Assembly: GCA_038134595.1 (NCBI GenBank)
Contig: JAYPVM010000006.1
Coordinates: forward strand, 32,001-96,000
Source of the DNA: Pseudomonadota bacterium
Lineage (GTDB): Bacteria > Bdellovibrionota_C > UBA2361 > OMII01
Direction of reading: 5' to 3'
DNA length: 64,000 nucleotides
Shown: in pieces, positions 50,020 to 60,883 of the stretch
Numbering within the stretch: the first letter of the stretch is position 1
Layout of the letters: every line of letters starts with the position of its first letter
Translations under genes and position numbers: made by a program
Notes under the pieces: model-generated
What the model was told of the DNA's origin: nothing
Databases searched by the model: none
Seen by the model: the letters and a program-made list of their open reading frames with translations, nothing else

Positions 50020-50787
50020 TTAAGATCCACTAGGCAAAAAACAGGGGATTTTTCTTCGTGTTACCTGACTTTCTCCACATTGCACCTGATACTGTAGGCC
50101 TTGTGTAAGCTCCACTATTGACAAAGCATTTCCATATGCAATTCCAGTGTCAATTCCTAACTTGTAGGGCAAGTCAATAAACAGTTCGTTAAAGGATGTG
50201 TGGCCAAAGACAACTGTTTTTCCAAATCTATGCTGATTGTTGATAAAGTCGTGTCGAATCCATCGTAAATCATGAGGATCTTGCATCTCTAGAGGCACTT
50301 CAGGCCTAATGCCCGCGTGGACTAAAATATAATTATCTACTATCACACCGACTGGCAGCCCTTGGATAAAATCTATATCCCCCGGTGGAAGCGCTCGCAC
50401 TATCTCACTCCGCTCCATCGTGGGATCAATACCGTAACTTTCTAAGCATTGTGTTCCACCATTTGCCAGGTAAAACTCTCCGTGCTCTCCACTCAGGCCG
50501 AGAAAACTCAGTAACATTTCTTCGTGATTTCCCTGAAGACACTGCGTATTGGGATTTTTTTGACAGAAAGCCCTTAGATATTCAATGACCCCACGAGAGT
50601 CTGGCCCCCTGTCGATGTAATCACCTATAAAGACCACCAAGTCATATTCGGTAATAGGGCGCTCTTGAGAAATGAAATCAATAAGTGTCGCAAGCTCTTT
50701 TAAATTGCCGTGGACATCGCCCACCGCATAGATGCGCTGGAAATCATCCGGCAATATTATAAATTCCCCCATAGGCGATTCACTCAT
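50020..50787 (-). CDS. Ser/Thr protein phosphatase-type metallophosphoesterase (ApaH/PrpA-like)
   Basis: GDVHG, GDYIDRG, GNHE, VHAG, FGHT and IDTG motifs. Confidence 0.93.
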   Translation of the reverse strand: MSESPMGEFIILPDDFQRIYAVGDVHGNLKELATLIDFISQERPITEYDLVVFIGDYIDRGPDSRGVIEYLRAFCQKNPNTQCLQGNHEEMLLSFLGLSGEHGEFYLANGGTQCLESYGIDPTMERSEIVRALPPGDIDFIQGLPVGVIVDNYILVHAGIRPEVPLEMQDPHDLRWIRHDFINNQHRFGKTVVFGHTSFNELFIDLPYKLGIDTGIAYGNALSIVELTQGLQYQVQCGESQVTRRKIPCFLPSGS

Positions 50788-50798
50788 ATCGAAGGGTT

Positions 50799-52610
50799 TT
50801 ATCTATCATCTCCTAGTTTCAGAACCGCCAAGAATGCTTCCTGCGGAATCGACACCTTTCCTACTTGCTTCATCCGCTTTTTGCCCTCTTTTTGCTTTTC
50901 GAGCAGCTTTCGCTTTCGAGTTATGTCTCCACCATAGCACTTCGCCGTCACATTCTTTCTAAGCGCCTTTACCGTACTACGCGCAATAACCTTTGTTCCT
51001 ATTGATGCCTGAATAGCAATCTCAAACATCTGTCTATCGATTATATCTCGTAGCTTTTCGGTTAGTTCCTTTCCGCGATAATACGCTTTATCACGATGCA
51101 CTATGATACTTAAAGCATCGACAATCTCTCCATTTAACTTTATATCAAGTTTCACCAAATCTGCAGGCTGATAGCCTATGATTTCATAGTCAAATGAGGC
51201 GTATCCCTTAGTCATTGATTTCAAGCGGTCGTGAAAGTCTAAGACTATCTCATTTAGAGGAATCTCATAGGTGATAACAGCCCGTTCCATCCCGTGGAAA
51301 GCAAGATCCCTCTGCACTCCTCTCCGATCTTCACACAATGACAAAACGTTACCCACAAACTCCTTTGGACAGTGAATTGTTGCCTGCACCACCGGCTCTT
51401 CAATTCGATCGATTTCTTGCGTTGGTGGCATCTTCGATGGATTATCAACATCCAAAACAACGCCATCTTCTTTATGAATCTTATACACCACTGAAGGGGC
51501 TGTAGTGATAAGATTAAGTTCAAATTCACGCTCTAATCGCTCTTGCACTATCTCCATATGCAAAAGGCCAAGATAGCCACAACGATATCCAAATCCCAAT
51601 GCAACGGAGGTTTCCGGCTCAAATGTAAAGGCACTGTCATTGAGGCTTAATTTTTCAAGCGCAACCTTAAGAGCGGCATAATCATCGGAATCTACCGGGA
51701 ACAGCCCACCAAAAACCATGGGCTGCACCTCCTTAAATCCCGGCAAAGGCTCAACATCGCCATTCTTACTGTGAGTAACGGTATCTCCAATCTTGACGTC
51801 TCGAAGTGTCTTTACAGCTGCGGAGAAAAATCCAACCTCACCACTTCGAAGCGTCTTGACCTCTGTGGCATGTGGTGTGAAAACTCCCAGCTTGTACACC
51901 TCATATTCTCGATCGGTAACAACAAAGCGTATATCATCCCCTGGCTCAATTGCCCCATCGATTACTCTAACCTGCACCACAACTCCAAGATACGGGTCAA
52001 ACCACGAATCATATACCAGGGCTCGTAATGGCGCATCAGCAGAGCCTCTCGAGGGCGGTGGCACCCGCTTGACAATAGCTTCTAATACCTCTGGGACTCC
52101 TATGCCAGTTTTTGCACTGATCGTCAGTGCATCCGAAGTATCTAGCCCAATAACAGCTTCAATCTCTTCCTTGATCCTCTCAGCATCGGCATTAGGGAGG
52201 TCGATCTTATTCAAAACCGGAATGATTTCTAAATCGTGCTCAAGGGCAAGGTATACGTTTGCCAACGTCTGTGCCTCTACACCTTGTGAAGCATCAACAA
52301 CTAACAGCGCACCCTCACAGGCTGAGAGGCTTTTTGACACTTCGTAGTTAAAATCGACGTGCCCCGGGGTATCGATAAGATTTAGCTGATAATTAACGCC
52401 GTCACTCCCCTTATAGCTTAGACGGACCGTTTGAGCCTTAATAGTAATGCCTCGTTCCCTTTCCAAGTCTAACTTGTCGAGGATTTGCGACTGCATCTCA
52501 CGCTTCTGGAGCGCTCCAGTCACTTCCAGGATCCTATCAGCAAGCGTCGATTTTCCGTGGTCGATATGGGCTATAATACTGAAATTGCGAATTCTACTTC
52601 GTTCTGTCAC
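50799..52610 (-). CDS. lepA: Elongation factor 4
   Basis: [33 protein letters not shown] and [18 protein letters not shown] motifs. Confidence 0.99.
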   Translation of the reverse strand: MTERSRIRNFSIIAHIDHGKSTLADRILEVTGALQKREMQSQILDKLDLERERGITIKAQTVRLSYKGSDGVNYQLNLIDTPGHVDFNYEVSKSLSACEGALLVVDASQGVEAQTLANVYLALEHDLEIIPVLNKIDLPNADAERIKEEIEAVIGLDTSDALTISAKTGIGVPEVLEAIVKRVPPPSRGSADAPLRALVYDSWFDPYLGVVVQVRVIDGAIEPGDDIRFVVTDREYEVYKLGVFTPHATEVKTLRSGEVGFFSAAVKTLRDVKIGDTVTHSKNGDVEPLPGFKEVQPMVFGGLFPVDSDDYAALKVALEKLSLNDSAFTFEPETSVALGFGYRCGYLGLLHMEIVQERLEREFELNLITTAPSVVYKIHKEDGVVLDVDNPSKMPPTQEIDRIEEPVVQATIHCPKEFVGNVLSLCEDRRGVQRDLAFHGMERAVITYEIPLNEIVLDFHDRLKSMTKGYASFDYEIIGYQPADLVKLDIKLNGEIVDALSIIVHRDKAYYRGKELTEKLRDIIDRQMFEIAIQASIGTKVIARSTVKALRKNVTAKCYGGDITRKRKLLEKQKEGKKRMKQVGKVSIPQEAFLAVLKLGDDR

Positions 52611-52628
52611 AAAAAATATCCAGCTCTA

Positions 52629-53579
52629 TTACGCAGTCTGTTTCAACGCTCGTAAGCGAGCATCAAAGTCGGCAATCGTACGTTTTAATCCCTCGTCCAG
52701 GAGCACACTGGGCTCCCATTTTAACTCCCGTTTCGCAAGTGAGATATCTGGCTTTCGTCGAGTCGGGTCATCGGTAGGGAGCGGGCGCAAAACGACCTTG
52801 GATGACGATCCGGTTAATTCAATTATCTTCTTAGCTAGATCGATAATTGTCATCTCATTCGGATTACCCAGATTAACCGGGCCATAGAATCCTTCTCGAT
52901 TCATCGCACCCATGATCCCCCGAACCAGATCATCGACAAAACAAAACGACCGAGTCTGCAAGCCTTCTCCGTATACCGTAATATCCTCACCTTTTAGTGC
53001 CTGTACGATGAAATTCGATACTACTCTCCCATCATCAAACAACATCCGAGGGCCGTATGTGTTAAATATCCGTACGATCCTAGCGTCAACTGTACCCTGC
53101 TCTTTATAATTGAACGAGAGGGTCTCAGCGACTCGCTTGCCTTCATCATAACAGCTTCTTGGCCCGACAGGATTCACATTACCCCAGTACGTCTCGCACT
53201 GTGGATGCTCCAGAGGGTCTCCATACACCTCCGAAGTCGAAGCCAATAAGAAGCGTGACTTAGTACGCTTGGCCAAGCCCAGCATATTCAGAGTACCTGT
53301 AACGCTTGTTTTAATAGTCTTTATTGGATTGTACTGATAGTGAATCGGGGAAGCAGGACACGCCAAATGGTACACTTGATCACACTCAAGCCACAATGGT
53401 TGGGTTACGTCGTGACGTACAAAGTCAAAATTTGGATCATCCAAAAACCCATAAATGTTGGCCTTGGTCCCGGTAAAAAGGTTATCTACGGCTATGACCT
53501 CATGCCCCTCCGAAAGCAGTTCACCACAGAGGTGTGAACCAATAAAACCAGCACCACCAGTAACCACTATCCTTGCCAT
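52629..53579 (-). CDS. UDP-glucuronate decarboxylase (UDP-xylose synthase) family SDR
   Basis: [34 protein letters not shown] and [10 protein letters not shown] motifs. Confidence 0.95.
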   Translation of the reverse strand: MARIVVTGGAGFIGSHLCGELLSEGHEVIAVDNLFTGTKANIYGFLDDPNFDFVRHDVTQPLWLECDQVYHLACPASPIHYQYNPIKTIKTSVTGTLNMLGLAKRTKSRFLLASTSEVYGDPLEHPQCETYWGNVNPVGPRSCYDEGKRVAETLSFNYKEQGTVDARIVRIFNTYGPRMLFDDGRVVSNFIVQALKGEDITVYGEGLQTRSFCFVDDLVRGIMGAMNREGFYGPVNLGNPNEMTIIDLAKKIIELTGSSSKVVLRPLPTDDPTRRKPDISLAKRELKWEPSVLLDEGLKRTIADFDARLRALKQTA

Positions 53580-53620
53580 GCGTCGTACCTCTTATCCCTT
53601 GTATTGCGTTTTGCTCTCTA

Positions 53621-54946
53621 TCAGGAGCCCCGTACCACGGGCCGTCCGATGCTGTAGTATGTAAAGCCTAATGACTGCATATCCTCAAGCTCATACAGAT
53701 TCCTTCCGTCAAATATGACAGGAGACTGCAATGCAGTCTTGATACGATCGAAATTCGGCTGACGAAATGAATTCCATTCAGTGCATATAATCAAGGCATC
53801 GGCCCCGTTTAGGGCCTCGTAATTATCCTGACAGTAGGAAATTTGCGGATTAGCCCCGAAGCGCTCATTAAAGGTTCCATTAGCCTCTGGATCATGGGCA
53901 CGAACAGTAGCGCCTAATCGAACCAAGTCCTCACATAAAACTAGTGCCGGCGCATCACGAACATCATCGGTTTTAGGCTTAAATGCCAACCCCCATACGG
54001 CAACAGTCTTCCCGTTTAAATTATCAGCTCCAAAATGCTCCACCACCTTGGAGGTCATTACTTTCTTCTGTTGATGATTTGTCTGCTCCACGGCTTCTGA
54101 AATCCTCATCGGCACATCATGTTCCAATCCGGTTCGAACAAGCGCCTGAACATCCTTTGGAAAGCACGAACCACCGTATCCCATCCCCGGAAAGATAAAA
54201 CTCATTCCGATTCGCGAATCGGTTCCGATTCCTAATCGCACCTTATCTATATCAGCACCCGCCTGCTCACACAGATTAGCAACTTCATTCATAAATGAAA
54301 TCCGGAGAGCCAGCATTGCATTTGCAGCATACTTAGTCATTTCTGCAGATTTGATATCCATGACAAGAATAGGATTATTATTCCTCACAAATGGCGCATA
54401 CAATTCACGCATCACTTCAGCTACCTTATCATCGGCGGCCCCAATGACGACTCGATCTGGACGCAGAAAATCATCTATCGCCGCACCCTCCTTTAAAAAC
54501 TCAGGATTGCTGACAACATGAACAGGATGTGATGAAACGCTTTCGATTGCAGCCCGCACCTTATCTGCGGTACCTACTGGCACTGTCGACTTATCCACAA
54601 CTATCTTTGTGCCATTCATATGCTGACCGATACCCAGTGCAACATTGAGAACATGAGACAGGTCGGCTGAGCCATCCTCATCCTGTGGGGTACCGACTGC
54701 AATAAAGATAATCTGTGAGCTCTCGACGGCATCTTTTAGCGACGTCGAAAACTTCAGGCGCCCGGCCTTCGCATTGCCCTGAACAAGTTCCTCTAATCCT
54801 GGTTCGTATATTGGTATCTGCCCATTTTTAAGCGCAGTTATTTTTTCTTGATTAACATCAACACACACAACGTCATTACCGGTTTCGGCAAAACATGCCC
54901 CGGCCACCAATCCAACATATCCAGTTCCTACAATCGCAATATTCAT
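53621..54946 (-). CDS. ugd: UDP-glucose 6-dehydrogenase
   Basis: GTGYVGL, KSTVPVG, SNPEFLKEG, GYGGSCFPKD and LAFKPKTDD motifs. Confidence 0.96.
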   Translation of the reverse strand: MNIAIVGTGYVGLVAGACFAETGNDVVCVDVNQEKITALKNGQIPIYEPGLEELVQGNAKAGRLKFSTSLKDAVESSQIIFIAVGTPQDEDGSADLSHVLNVALGIGQHMNGTKIVVDKSTVPVGTADKVRAAIESVSSHPVHVVSNPEFLKEGAAIDDFLRPDRVVIGAADDKVAEVMRELYAPFVRNNNPILVMDIKSAEMTKYAANAMLALRISFMNEVANLCEQAGADIDKVRLGIGTDSRIGMSFIFPGMGYGGSCFPKDVQALVRTGLEHDVPMRISEAVEQTNHQQKKVMTSKVVEHFGADNLNGKTVAVWGLAFKPKTDDVRDAPALVLCEDLVRLGATVRAHDPEANGTFNERFGANPQISYCQDNYEALNGADALIICTEWNSFRQPNFDRIKTALQSPVIFDGRNLYELEDMQSLGFTYYSIGRPVVRGS

Positions 54947-55214
54947 CTTACTTCCTCGTGATTATACTTTCGTGACTCATGGCTGCCAGCCTTGCTTTTG
55001 GAACCTATACTCTCGGCACATCGTGTGCGAAACAATCGACACTACTCAAGTGTGGCAGAATATAGCCCAAGTCAAAGGGGAGATCAAAGAGGGATTGCAG
55101 TCCCAGAGAAGTCGCCCCTCCCCTTCATGCCTGGCAGTTTAAACGATAAAAACCTAGCATATATAAGCGATTTGTCTGCATGTTAGAGCATAGCATCAAG
55201 GTAGCACATAGAAA

Positions 55215-57539
55215 CTACCACCCAAGCACAGCAAGCGTCCTATCTCCAATGGCCTCCTGGTAAACACCCCCTTCGAGCCCACGCTGTTCATCTAATCGCT
55301 TAAAATCACCAGCATCCAATGAAAAGAGCGTAAGAGTTGGATTGTGAAAACCATAGGTACCAGCAGGCGCCTCAAACTGCCTAATAACAGGCACTTCGGA
55401 GAAGATCTCTCTAAACCGCTGTCGCAGTATCGCTGCACTTTCTGGCTGACTGAAATAACGGTCATAAAACAAGCTCGACAACACAAGGTATTGAGCTCCG
55501 GAACTTCTTAATCGACCGACGGACAGATCCTGTATGATCCTCGCCCTCGGAATGTGTTCGACATTAAAAAATTTACCGTGAAAGTTTGGACAATACGGCT
55601 TCCAGTCCATTAAGACTTTTGAATCGTGTGGCAAGTTATGGATCATCCAAGTTGCTAATTGCTCTCGAGTATCATTTGTTACATCTCTTGCCAACAAAAC
55701 GCTTCGGGCAAGTGGAAACGAACCAAGAACGAATATAAAAAGAACCGCACCATACCTTAGCAATACCGTTCTATCCCTTCTCAACTGCTCACAAACGACA
55801 GCTATACCGATCGCCATAAACGGCAAACAGGGCAGAATATACCTCTCCGGCTGGGGAGCTGGTTTAGCCTTAACAAACTCTGCGGGAAGATAAAATAAAA
55901 GTGCCATGGAAACGACAATTAGGTCCTCTAGCTTCGACCTCCTGATCAGAAATCCCAAAGCAACACAACTGACAACCGTAATTGGCAGGGTCATTCCCGG
56001 TCGGATACTTCGCCACAAATGATAACACCAAAGCTGAGACCACGCGGAAATAGTTACGGTATGACCGGTCTGCATGTGTCTTGATTCAGAATGAAAATCT
56101 TTCAAGAATTTAGCCGAATTCAGCACAGAGAACGGCGTAGTTGCTATAAAGCCCAACGGCGCTACACATACTGAGAAGATAGCAATAGCGAGCCACCGCT
56201 TGTCAGGTTTAATACTACGGGAGCTAATCCACGGCGCAGTAGCAGGTATACCCACCATTAGTAGTCCGGAATACTTAACTCCCGCTGATGCTCCCGCAAG
56301 AAGTCCTGCAACGACCAAAAGCCATCGTTTGTTTGTTTGTACAGCGACTAATGTTGTCCACAAACACATCAAGACGACAAATGTCAACAAAGCGTCTTCC
56401 TTCATATACCGACTACATGTGACATGTAGCGGAAACGTCGCGAGCAAGAGTGCTCCTATAGCTCCGACCATCCGAGAATATAACCGCGTCCCGATTAAAT
56501 AGACTAAAATTACAGAGCCAATCCCAGCCGTTGCACTAACGAGCCTCCCTGCCAAAAAGGCAGTTTCCCGAAAGCTACCTTCTACGCCCAACCAATGCAG
56601 AAGCACATTTACCGCATAGCTTGAATAAAGAAGTAGAGAGGGATGTAAAAAATACTGTGGATCAAGGGTATTTTGATCCACCATCCTCATAATGGCATTA
56701 ACTTTTGGCACCTCATCTGGATGGAAATTTGCCGGCAAGCCGAATGTAATTCCATATAATCTGAGCGAGGCCGCCACTACCACCGCAAGTAGGAGCACAC
56801 CCATAGAGACAATTCTTGAATCCTCATCTTCCTGCACCCTTCTCTGAAGGTATCCCCACATACCAACTAGCATCCCCAAGCTAAGAACCATCACAGGCGG
56901 AAATTTAGACGGGGCGACATCCGAGAAAAAAACGAGCCCGCCCGCCAATATCCCTATTGCGGTAAGGGCAACAAGGCTTGAGAGCCCTGATTTTTGCGCA
57001 ACATACCGAGTGAAAAATCCAAGTCCAGCAAAAAACCCCGCAACCACTGCAATCAACCACCAACCAACAAGTGGAAGGCCTATCCACGAGTTAATAGAAA
57101 CCGACGCTAGGTGTGTTCCCAATAATCTTGGCTTACTCTCTGTTACGGGCTGAAAGAATCGAAGAGACTTAATCTTTAGATGCAGAGGACTGCATCCAAA
57201 TGGCAACGACAGCTTAATTGGTGCTGCCCCGCCGATTTCAAAGTTTTTCCAGGAGCCATCGCAAACAGAAATTGCAACCAGAGGGACCTCATTTGCTCCA
57301 GGCCGAATATGGCCGAAATGCAACGCGATACGATTCCCGATCCCAGCAAAATTCGATACCGCAATACGAAGTTCCTCTCCTACCCATCCATCATGAGTAA
57401 TGTCCCCCTTGCTTATTCCCTGCAAATCATGTCCAGAAAACGAATGTTTCGAAAGTGTGCCAGTAGAGGCAATCGAAGCAAGCATGCTAACGACGAAAAT
57501 AAGGGCGAGTCGACTCAAGCGACCCATTTTGACCTGCAT
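55215..57539 (-). CDS. GT-C fold membrane glycosyltransferase (ArnT/PMT_2-like) with N-terminal periplasmic domain
   Basis: FGLP..FHPDE, YFLHPSL, SRYMKED, KYSG and RYILP in a multi-TM protein. Confidence 0.85.
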   Translation of the reverse strand: MQVKMGRLSRLALIFVVSMLASIASTGTLSKHSFSGHDLQGISKGDITHDGWVGEELRIAVSNFAGIGNRIALHFGHIRPGANEVPLVAISVCDGSWKNFEIGGAAPIKLSLPFGCSPLHLKIKSLRFFQPVTESKPRLLGTHLASVSINSWIGLPLVGWWLIAVVAGFFAGLGFFTRYVAQKSGLSSLVALTAIGILAGGLVFFSDVAPSKFPPVMVLSLGMLVGMWGYLQRRVQEDEDSRIVSMGVLLLAVVVAASLRLYGITFGLPANFHPDEVPKVNAIMRMVDQNTLDPQYFLHPSLLLYSSYAVNVLLHWLGVEGSFRETAFLAGRLVSATAGIGSVILVYLIGTRLYSRMVGAIGALLLATFPLHVTCSRYMKEDALLTFVVLMCLWTTLVAVQTNKRWLLVVAGLLAGASAGVKYSGLLMVGIPATAPWISSRSIKPDKRWLAIAIFSVCVAPLGFIATTPFSVLNSAKFLKDFHSESRHMQTGHTVTISAWSQLWCYHLWRSIRPGMTLPITVVSCVALGFLIRRSKLEDLIVVSMALLFYLPAEFVKAKPAPQPERYILPCLPFMAIGIAVVCEQLRRDRTVLLRYGAVLFIFVLGSFPLARSVLLARDVTNDTREQLATWMIHNLPHDSKVLMDWKPYCPNFHGKFFNVEHIPRARIIQDLSVGRLRSSGAQYLVLSSLFYDRYFSQPESAAILRQRFREIFSEVPVIRQFEAPAGTYGFHNPTLTLFSLDAGDFKRLDEQRGLEGGVYQEAIGDRTLAVLGW

Positions 57540-57565
57540 GAAAACCTCTCTCTCTCTTATTCTCT

Positions 57566-59575
57566 CTAGCTTGATACCTTGCGCGCTTCAAGCATCTTTG
57601 CGACAACTACTGGCTCGCTTCCGCTATTTTGTCGGTGCCTGTTCATGGCCACTCGAATCGGGTCCTGCGGCGGAGACCAGCCTCGGCTACGAAGATAGGA
57701 TGTTAACTCCTTAACGTCGACAATAATAGAGGTCTTATCTACAAACACGACGAAAGGATACTGCTCCTTATCGACCCCTTTTCTTGGTAACGAGTAGAAA
57801 AGCAATTCCTCAGACGGACGCGACGTCAACTCCTTCACAACTTTGTCTAATGGCGGAAAGTACGTTGCCTTACTGAGCTTCTCTGGGCGAAAATCCTCTC
57901 GTCGGTATACAAAGTGGGTAACCCCTTCGGGAGCAAGGAGCGTGACTAGCTCCTGCAATGAAGTCGCATAATGAGCTCGAAGCGAAATCTCGCTCCGACG
58001 CCTCATCTCCAGATTGTAGCGTGGATAGAACGGCTGTGAAGTCTCGGTAGTCACCAATGCTCTTCTTATCCCAAACAATTGCATTCCATCACAGTGAGTC
58101 GGGTGACAAGCTATCAAGGAATCAGACGGAGTATTGTCTCGAATCCACTCATACATCTTTCCGCGCTTGTAAAAGTGATAATTGAAATTAGCATCACCCT
58201 GCAAGCCATTACCTGAGCAGAGAAAAACCACAGCTCCCACGACGGTAAAACTAATAAGAGCACCCCAACAGCTACGAAGCGTATCAGCTTTACCCCCTGT
58301 ATTGCAGAGATTGGCTTCTCGCTTTTCCCGTTTCACGAACAAGCGCCAAATACCGACACAGAAAGCGGTAATAAGAACAACGACCATCGGGATTTGCAAA
58401 TGTCTATCTGGCACAAACAGCCAAAAAGCCACAAGGCGAGACAAGAAATACGTACATGACGCAGCCAAACCAAAAAAGAAAACTTCTGCTGGAAAGACCA
58501 ATCGCCTTCTCAGTGCGCCAGCTCCGGCTATCAGCAGTAAACTACCGGGGACAGCCCACCACATAATCTCTCGCAAGAAAACCGGAGGTCGAAAAAGCCG
58601 TCCGATAAACGCCTGCAAGCCAAAAATTTTATACTCCGATAAGATGGGCCTTAGCGGCAGAAACGGAAATCTACCAAAAGGCTTTTGGAATTCAGGCATA
58701 CTAGCCGCTTCCGAAAAAGACACCATTTGACCAATATGCGCTGGTCGCTGAACAACTAGCAGAGCAACAAACACAAAAAGCGGGACAAGTGCTATTGATT
58801 GCACCAACACCTTACGGGCGGTTCTTCGCTCCTCCCCTCGACTACTAACGGCTCGCCATATCAAAAGAAAACCGTATGCCACACCAACAATCAAAGCCCC
58901 TGGCGGATTCAACATCGAACCAACAAGAATTGTTCCCAAACAAGCCCAATGATTTCGCGTGGTCGCAAAGTAGAGAAACGCCGTAAAAATCGCCGGCGTC
59001 CAACCGCGCGGCAACCCCCCCGTCATCCGCTGCATAGTGTTGCGAGAGTGTAAAAGCCAAACAACTGATAGAAAAGCTGGCACCATGGCATTGTTAGACA
59101 GCCGCCGCACCGCCAAAAACAGAAATGTTACTGCAAGACCCACTTGCAACAACATAATCCAATGCCCCGTCATGATCGGGTTTTTGGTAGCCAATGTTAC
59201 GACAAAACTAAGCCAATAGTGTACGGGCGGTAAACATCCCCGCATAACTTCAGCAATCAAGTCATTACTAAATCTCCCGGGATACAGAGCATCATACAAA
59301 GGAAAAGTCTGCTGTGTCGCATCGTCGGTAGTCCATAGGGGATGAAACCACCGTCCCTGTAAACTAGTTAAAAATGCCGCAGCGTAGTACACAAGCAAGG
59401 CGCCGGACAAAAGAATCGGGGTGGTAACATACCTACGCACCCAACCCCACAAATACATTATGCCATTAACTCGGTCGTGATTGCCGGCCGCTCCCTGCGC
59501 CGTCTTAACTGCATGGGCAGGCGATTGAGAAGAAAGAGCATCTTCGGAGACGTTAACTGGACTACTCTGCATCAA
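57566..59575 (-). CDS. Multi-pass membrane protein, probable GT-C-like glycosyltransferase
   Basis: About ten TM segments; TTDDATQ acidic loop; GGLPRG; C-terminal WIRDNTPSDSLI periplasmic domain. Confidence 0.65.
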   Translation of the reverse strand: MMQSSPVNVSEDALSSQSPAHAVKTAQGAAGNHDRVNGIMYLWGWVRRYVTTPILLSGALLVYYAAAFLTSLQGRWFHPLWTTDDATQQTFPLYDALYPGRFSNDLIAEVMRGCLPPVHYWLSFVVTLATKNPIMTGHWIMLLQVGLAVTFLFLAVRRLSNNAMVPAFLSVVWLLHSRNTMQRMTGGLPRGWTPAIFTAFLYFATTRNHWACLGTILVGSMLNPPGALIVGVAYGFLLIWRAVSSRGEERRTARKVLVQSIALVPLFVFVALLVVQRPAHIGQMVSFSEAASMPEFQKPFGRFPFLPLRPILSEYKIFGLQAFIGRLFRPPVFLREIMWWAVPGSLLLIAGAGALRRRLVFPAEVFFFGLAASCTYFLSRLVAFWLFVPDRHLQIPMVVVLITAFCVGIWRLFVKREKREANLCNTGGKADTLRSCWGALISFTVVGAVVFLCSGNGLQGDANFNYHFYKRGKMYEWIRDNTPSDSLIACHPTHCDGMQLFGIRRALVTTETSQPFYPRYNLEMRRRSEISLRAHYATSLQELVTLLAPEGVTHFVYRREDFRPEKLSKATYFPPLDKVVKELTSRPSEELLFYSLPRKGVDKEQYPFVVFVDKTSIIVDVKELTSYLRSRGWSPPQDPIRVAMNRHRQNSGSEPVVVAKMLEARKVSS

Positions 59576-60097
59576 ACTGAACCTTTCGGACTATAACTTC
59601 TTGCAAGAATCGACGACTAGAACAGACAATCAAACACTATCTCCGACTAAGGAAGTTTCGTGCCTACCTGTTTTGGGCTAGGTTATCCGTCCATAGGAGC
59701 TTAGTCAAACCCCATAAAGTACCGAAACCGCACAAAATACAGGCATTTAAAAAAGACTTTTGCGCCACAGGCAAACTACAGCCGAGTAGCATTTCAATCT
59801 CGCTGTTAAAAAACAACGAGCATAGCCAACAATACACCGATCAGGCGCTGCCTCTCGTGCCCCCCATTCTCGTACTTGCACCGAATATGGTTTCATTTAT
59901 CTCTCGATTTCACGCAATGATTCGTTAAATGACCAGCTCTCGCCCCCTCATAAGCCGGGCCGCTAGCCTATTGAACTTTACGACAAGAGAACTTAGCTTA
60001 CAAAAAAGATTATTTACTCTCTAGCGTAGTTTGCCAAAAAAAATTATTACGGTAAGCGTACACGATTAAACGTTATATTCTGATTGAGTATATTAAA

Positions 60098-60661
60098 ATG
60101 ACAAAAAGAACCTGGCTCCACGCCACACTGATAACAACGACACTAACCATCCTGACAGGCTGTGGTGGCGGCGGGAGCAATAGCAACGATAACTTTGTAG
60201 GAGCTGCGTCAGTAGTGGTTCGCACAGCACCTTCTCGAATAGACTCAGGAGACAGAACTCTGACCAGAATTGAAGTTTCATCTGTCCACGAAAACGGAAT
60301 CGCACTAAAGGTTCGCTTTCCGAGTGGTCTTCGATACGTTTCTGGCTCTGCCCTGCTAGAGGTTGACAATAGAGAGATTGACATTTCGCCCACTGTAAAT
60401 TCAATCGCACGCGCTGAAGACCAAACGTATTTAATCTTTTACCTCGAACAAAGCTTATTTAAGCGGGCCAACCAACCATACAACGGCGAATCGGGGACGG
60501 TTACTCTTCAACTTGAAGGTCGTGAGGAAGTTGAACGGGGCTCCATAGATATTGACGCAGATGTCGACGATCCGGCCGAGGATAATTCCACAGAGTTTGA
60601 CATAGAGAATCCTGAATTCATATCAGAGTCATCAGCGTCAATTGAGGTCATCGTTGAGTAA
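60098..60661 (+). CDS. Hypothetical lipoprotein with a beta-sandwich-like domain
   Basis: Signal peptide ending LTGC followed by GGGGS; beta-rich; RFPSGLRYVSGS. Confidence 0.8.
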   Translation: MTKRTWLHATLITTTLTILTGCGGGGSNSNDNFVGAASVVVRTAPSRIDSGDRTLTRIEVSSVHENGIALKVRFPSGLRYVSGSALLEVDNREIDISPTVNSIARAEDQTYLIFYLEQSLFKRANQPYNGESGTVTLQLEGREEVERGSIDIDADVDDPAEDNSTEFDIENPEFISESSASIEVIVE

Positions 60662-60883
60662 GCGTTTAGTTTGACAAGCCCAAAAGGCATTTAACGGCAG
60701 CATAACGCCCCTCAATATAATTGCGGATAATCAACAACTCTACTATGCTACCCGTGGGGGTCATTGTAACGGATACAACCTTGGAGCACAGAGAGCCTCG
60801 GGGAGCTATTGAAGCCTCCAGAAAGTACCGGCCTCACAGAGCCATTATCTTGCAAGAATTACCTTTTTAGATGAGGTGTAACA

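Noticed and set aside
54591..54599. DnaA box TTATCCACA
   Set aside because: Single copy inside ugd with no cluster, so no evidence for an origin.
19867..58730. Long antisense ORFs (e.g. 19867-20379, 35977-36444, 51793-52347, 58182-58730)
   Set aside because: Shadows on the opposite strand of well-conserved genes, with no recognisable motifs.
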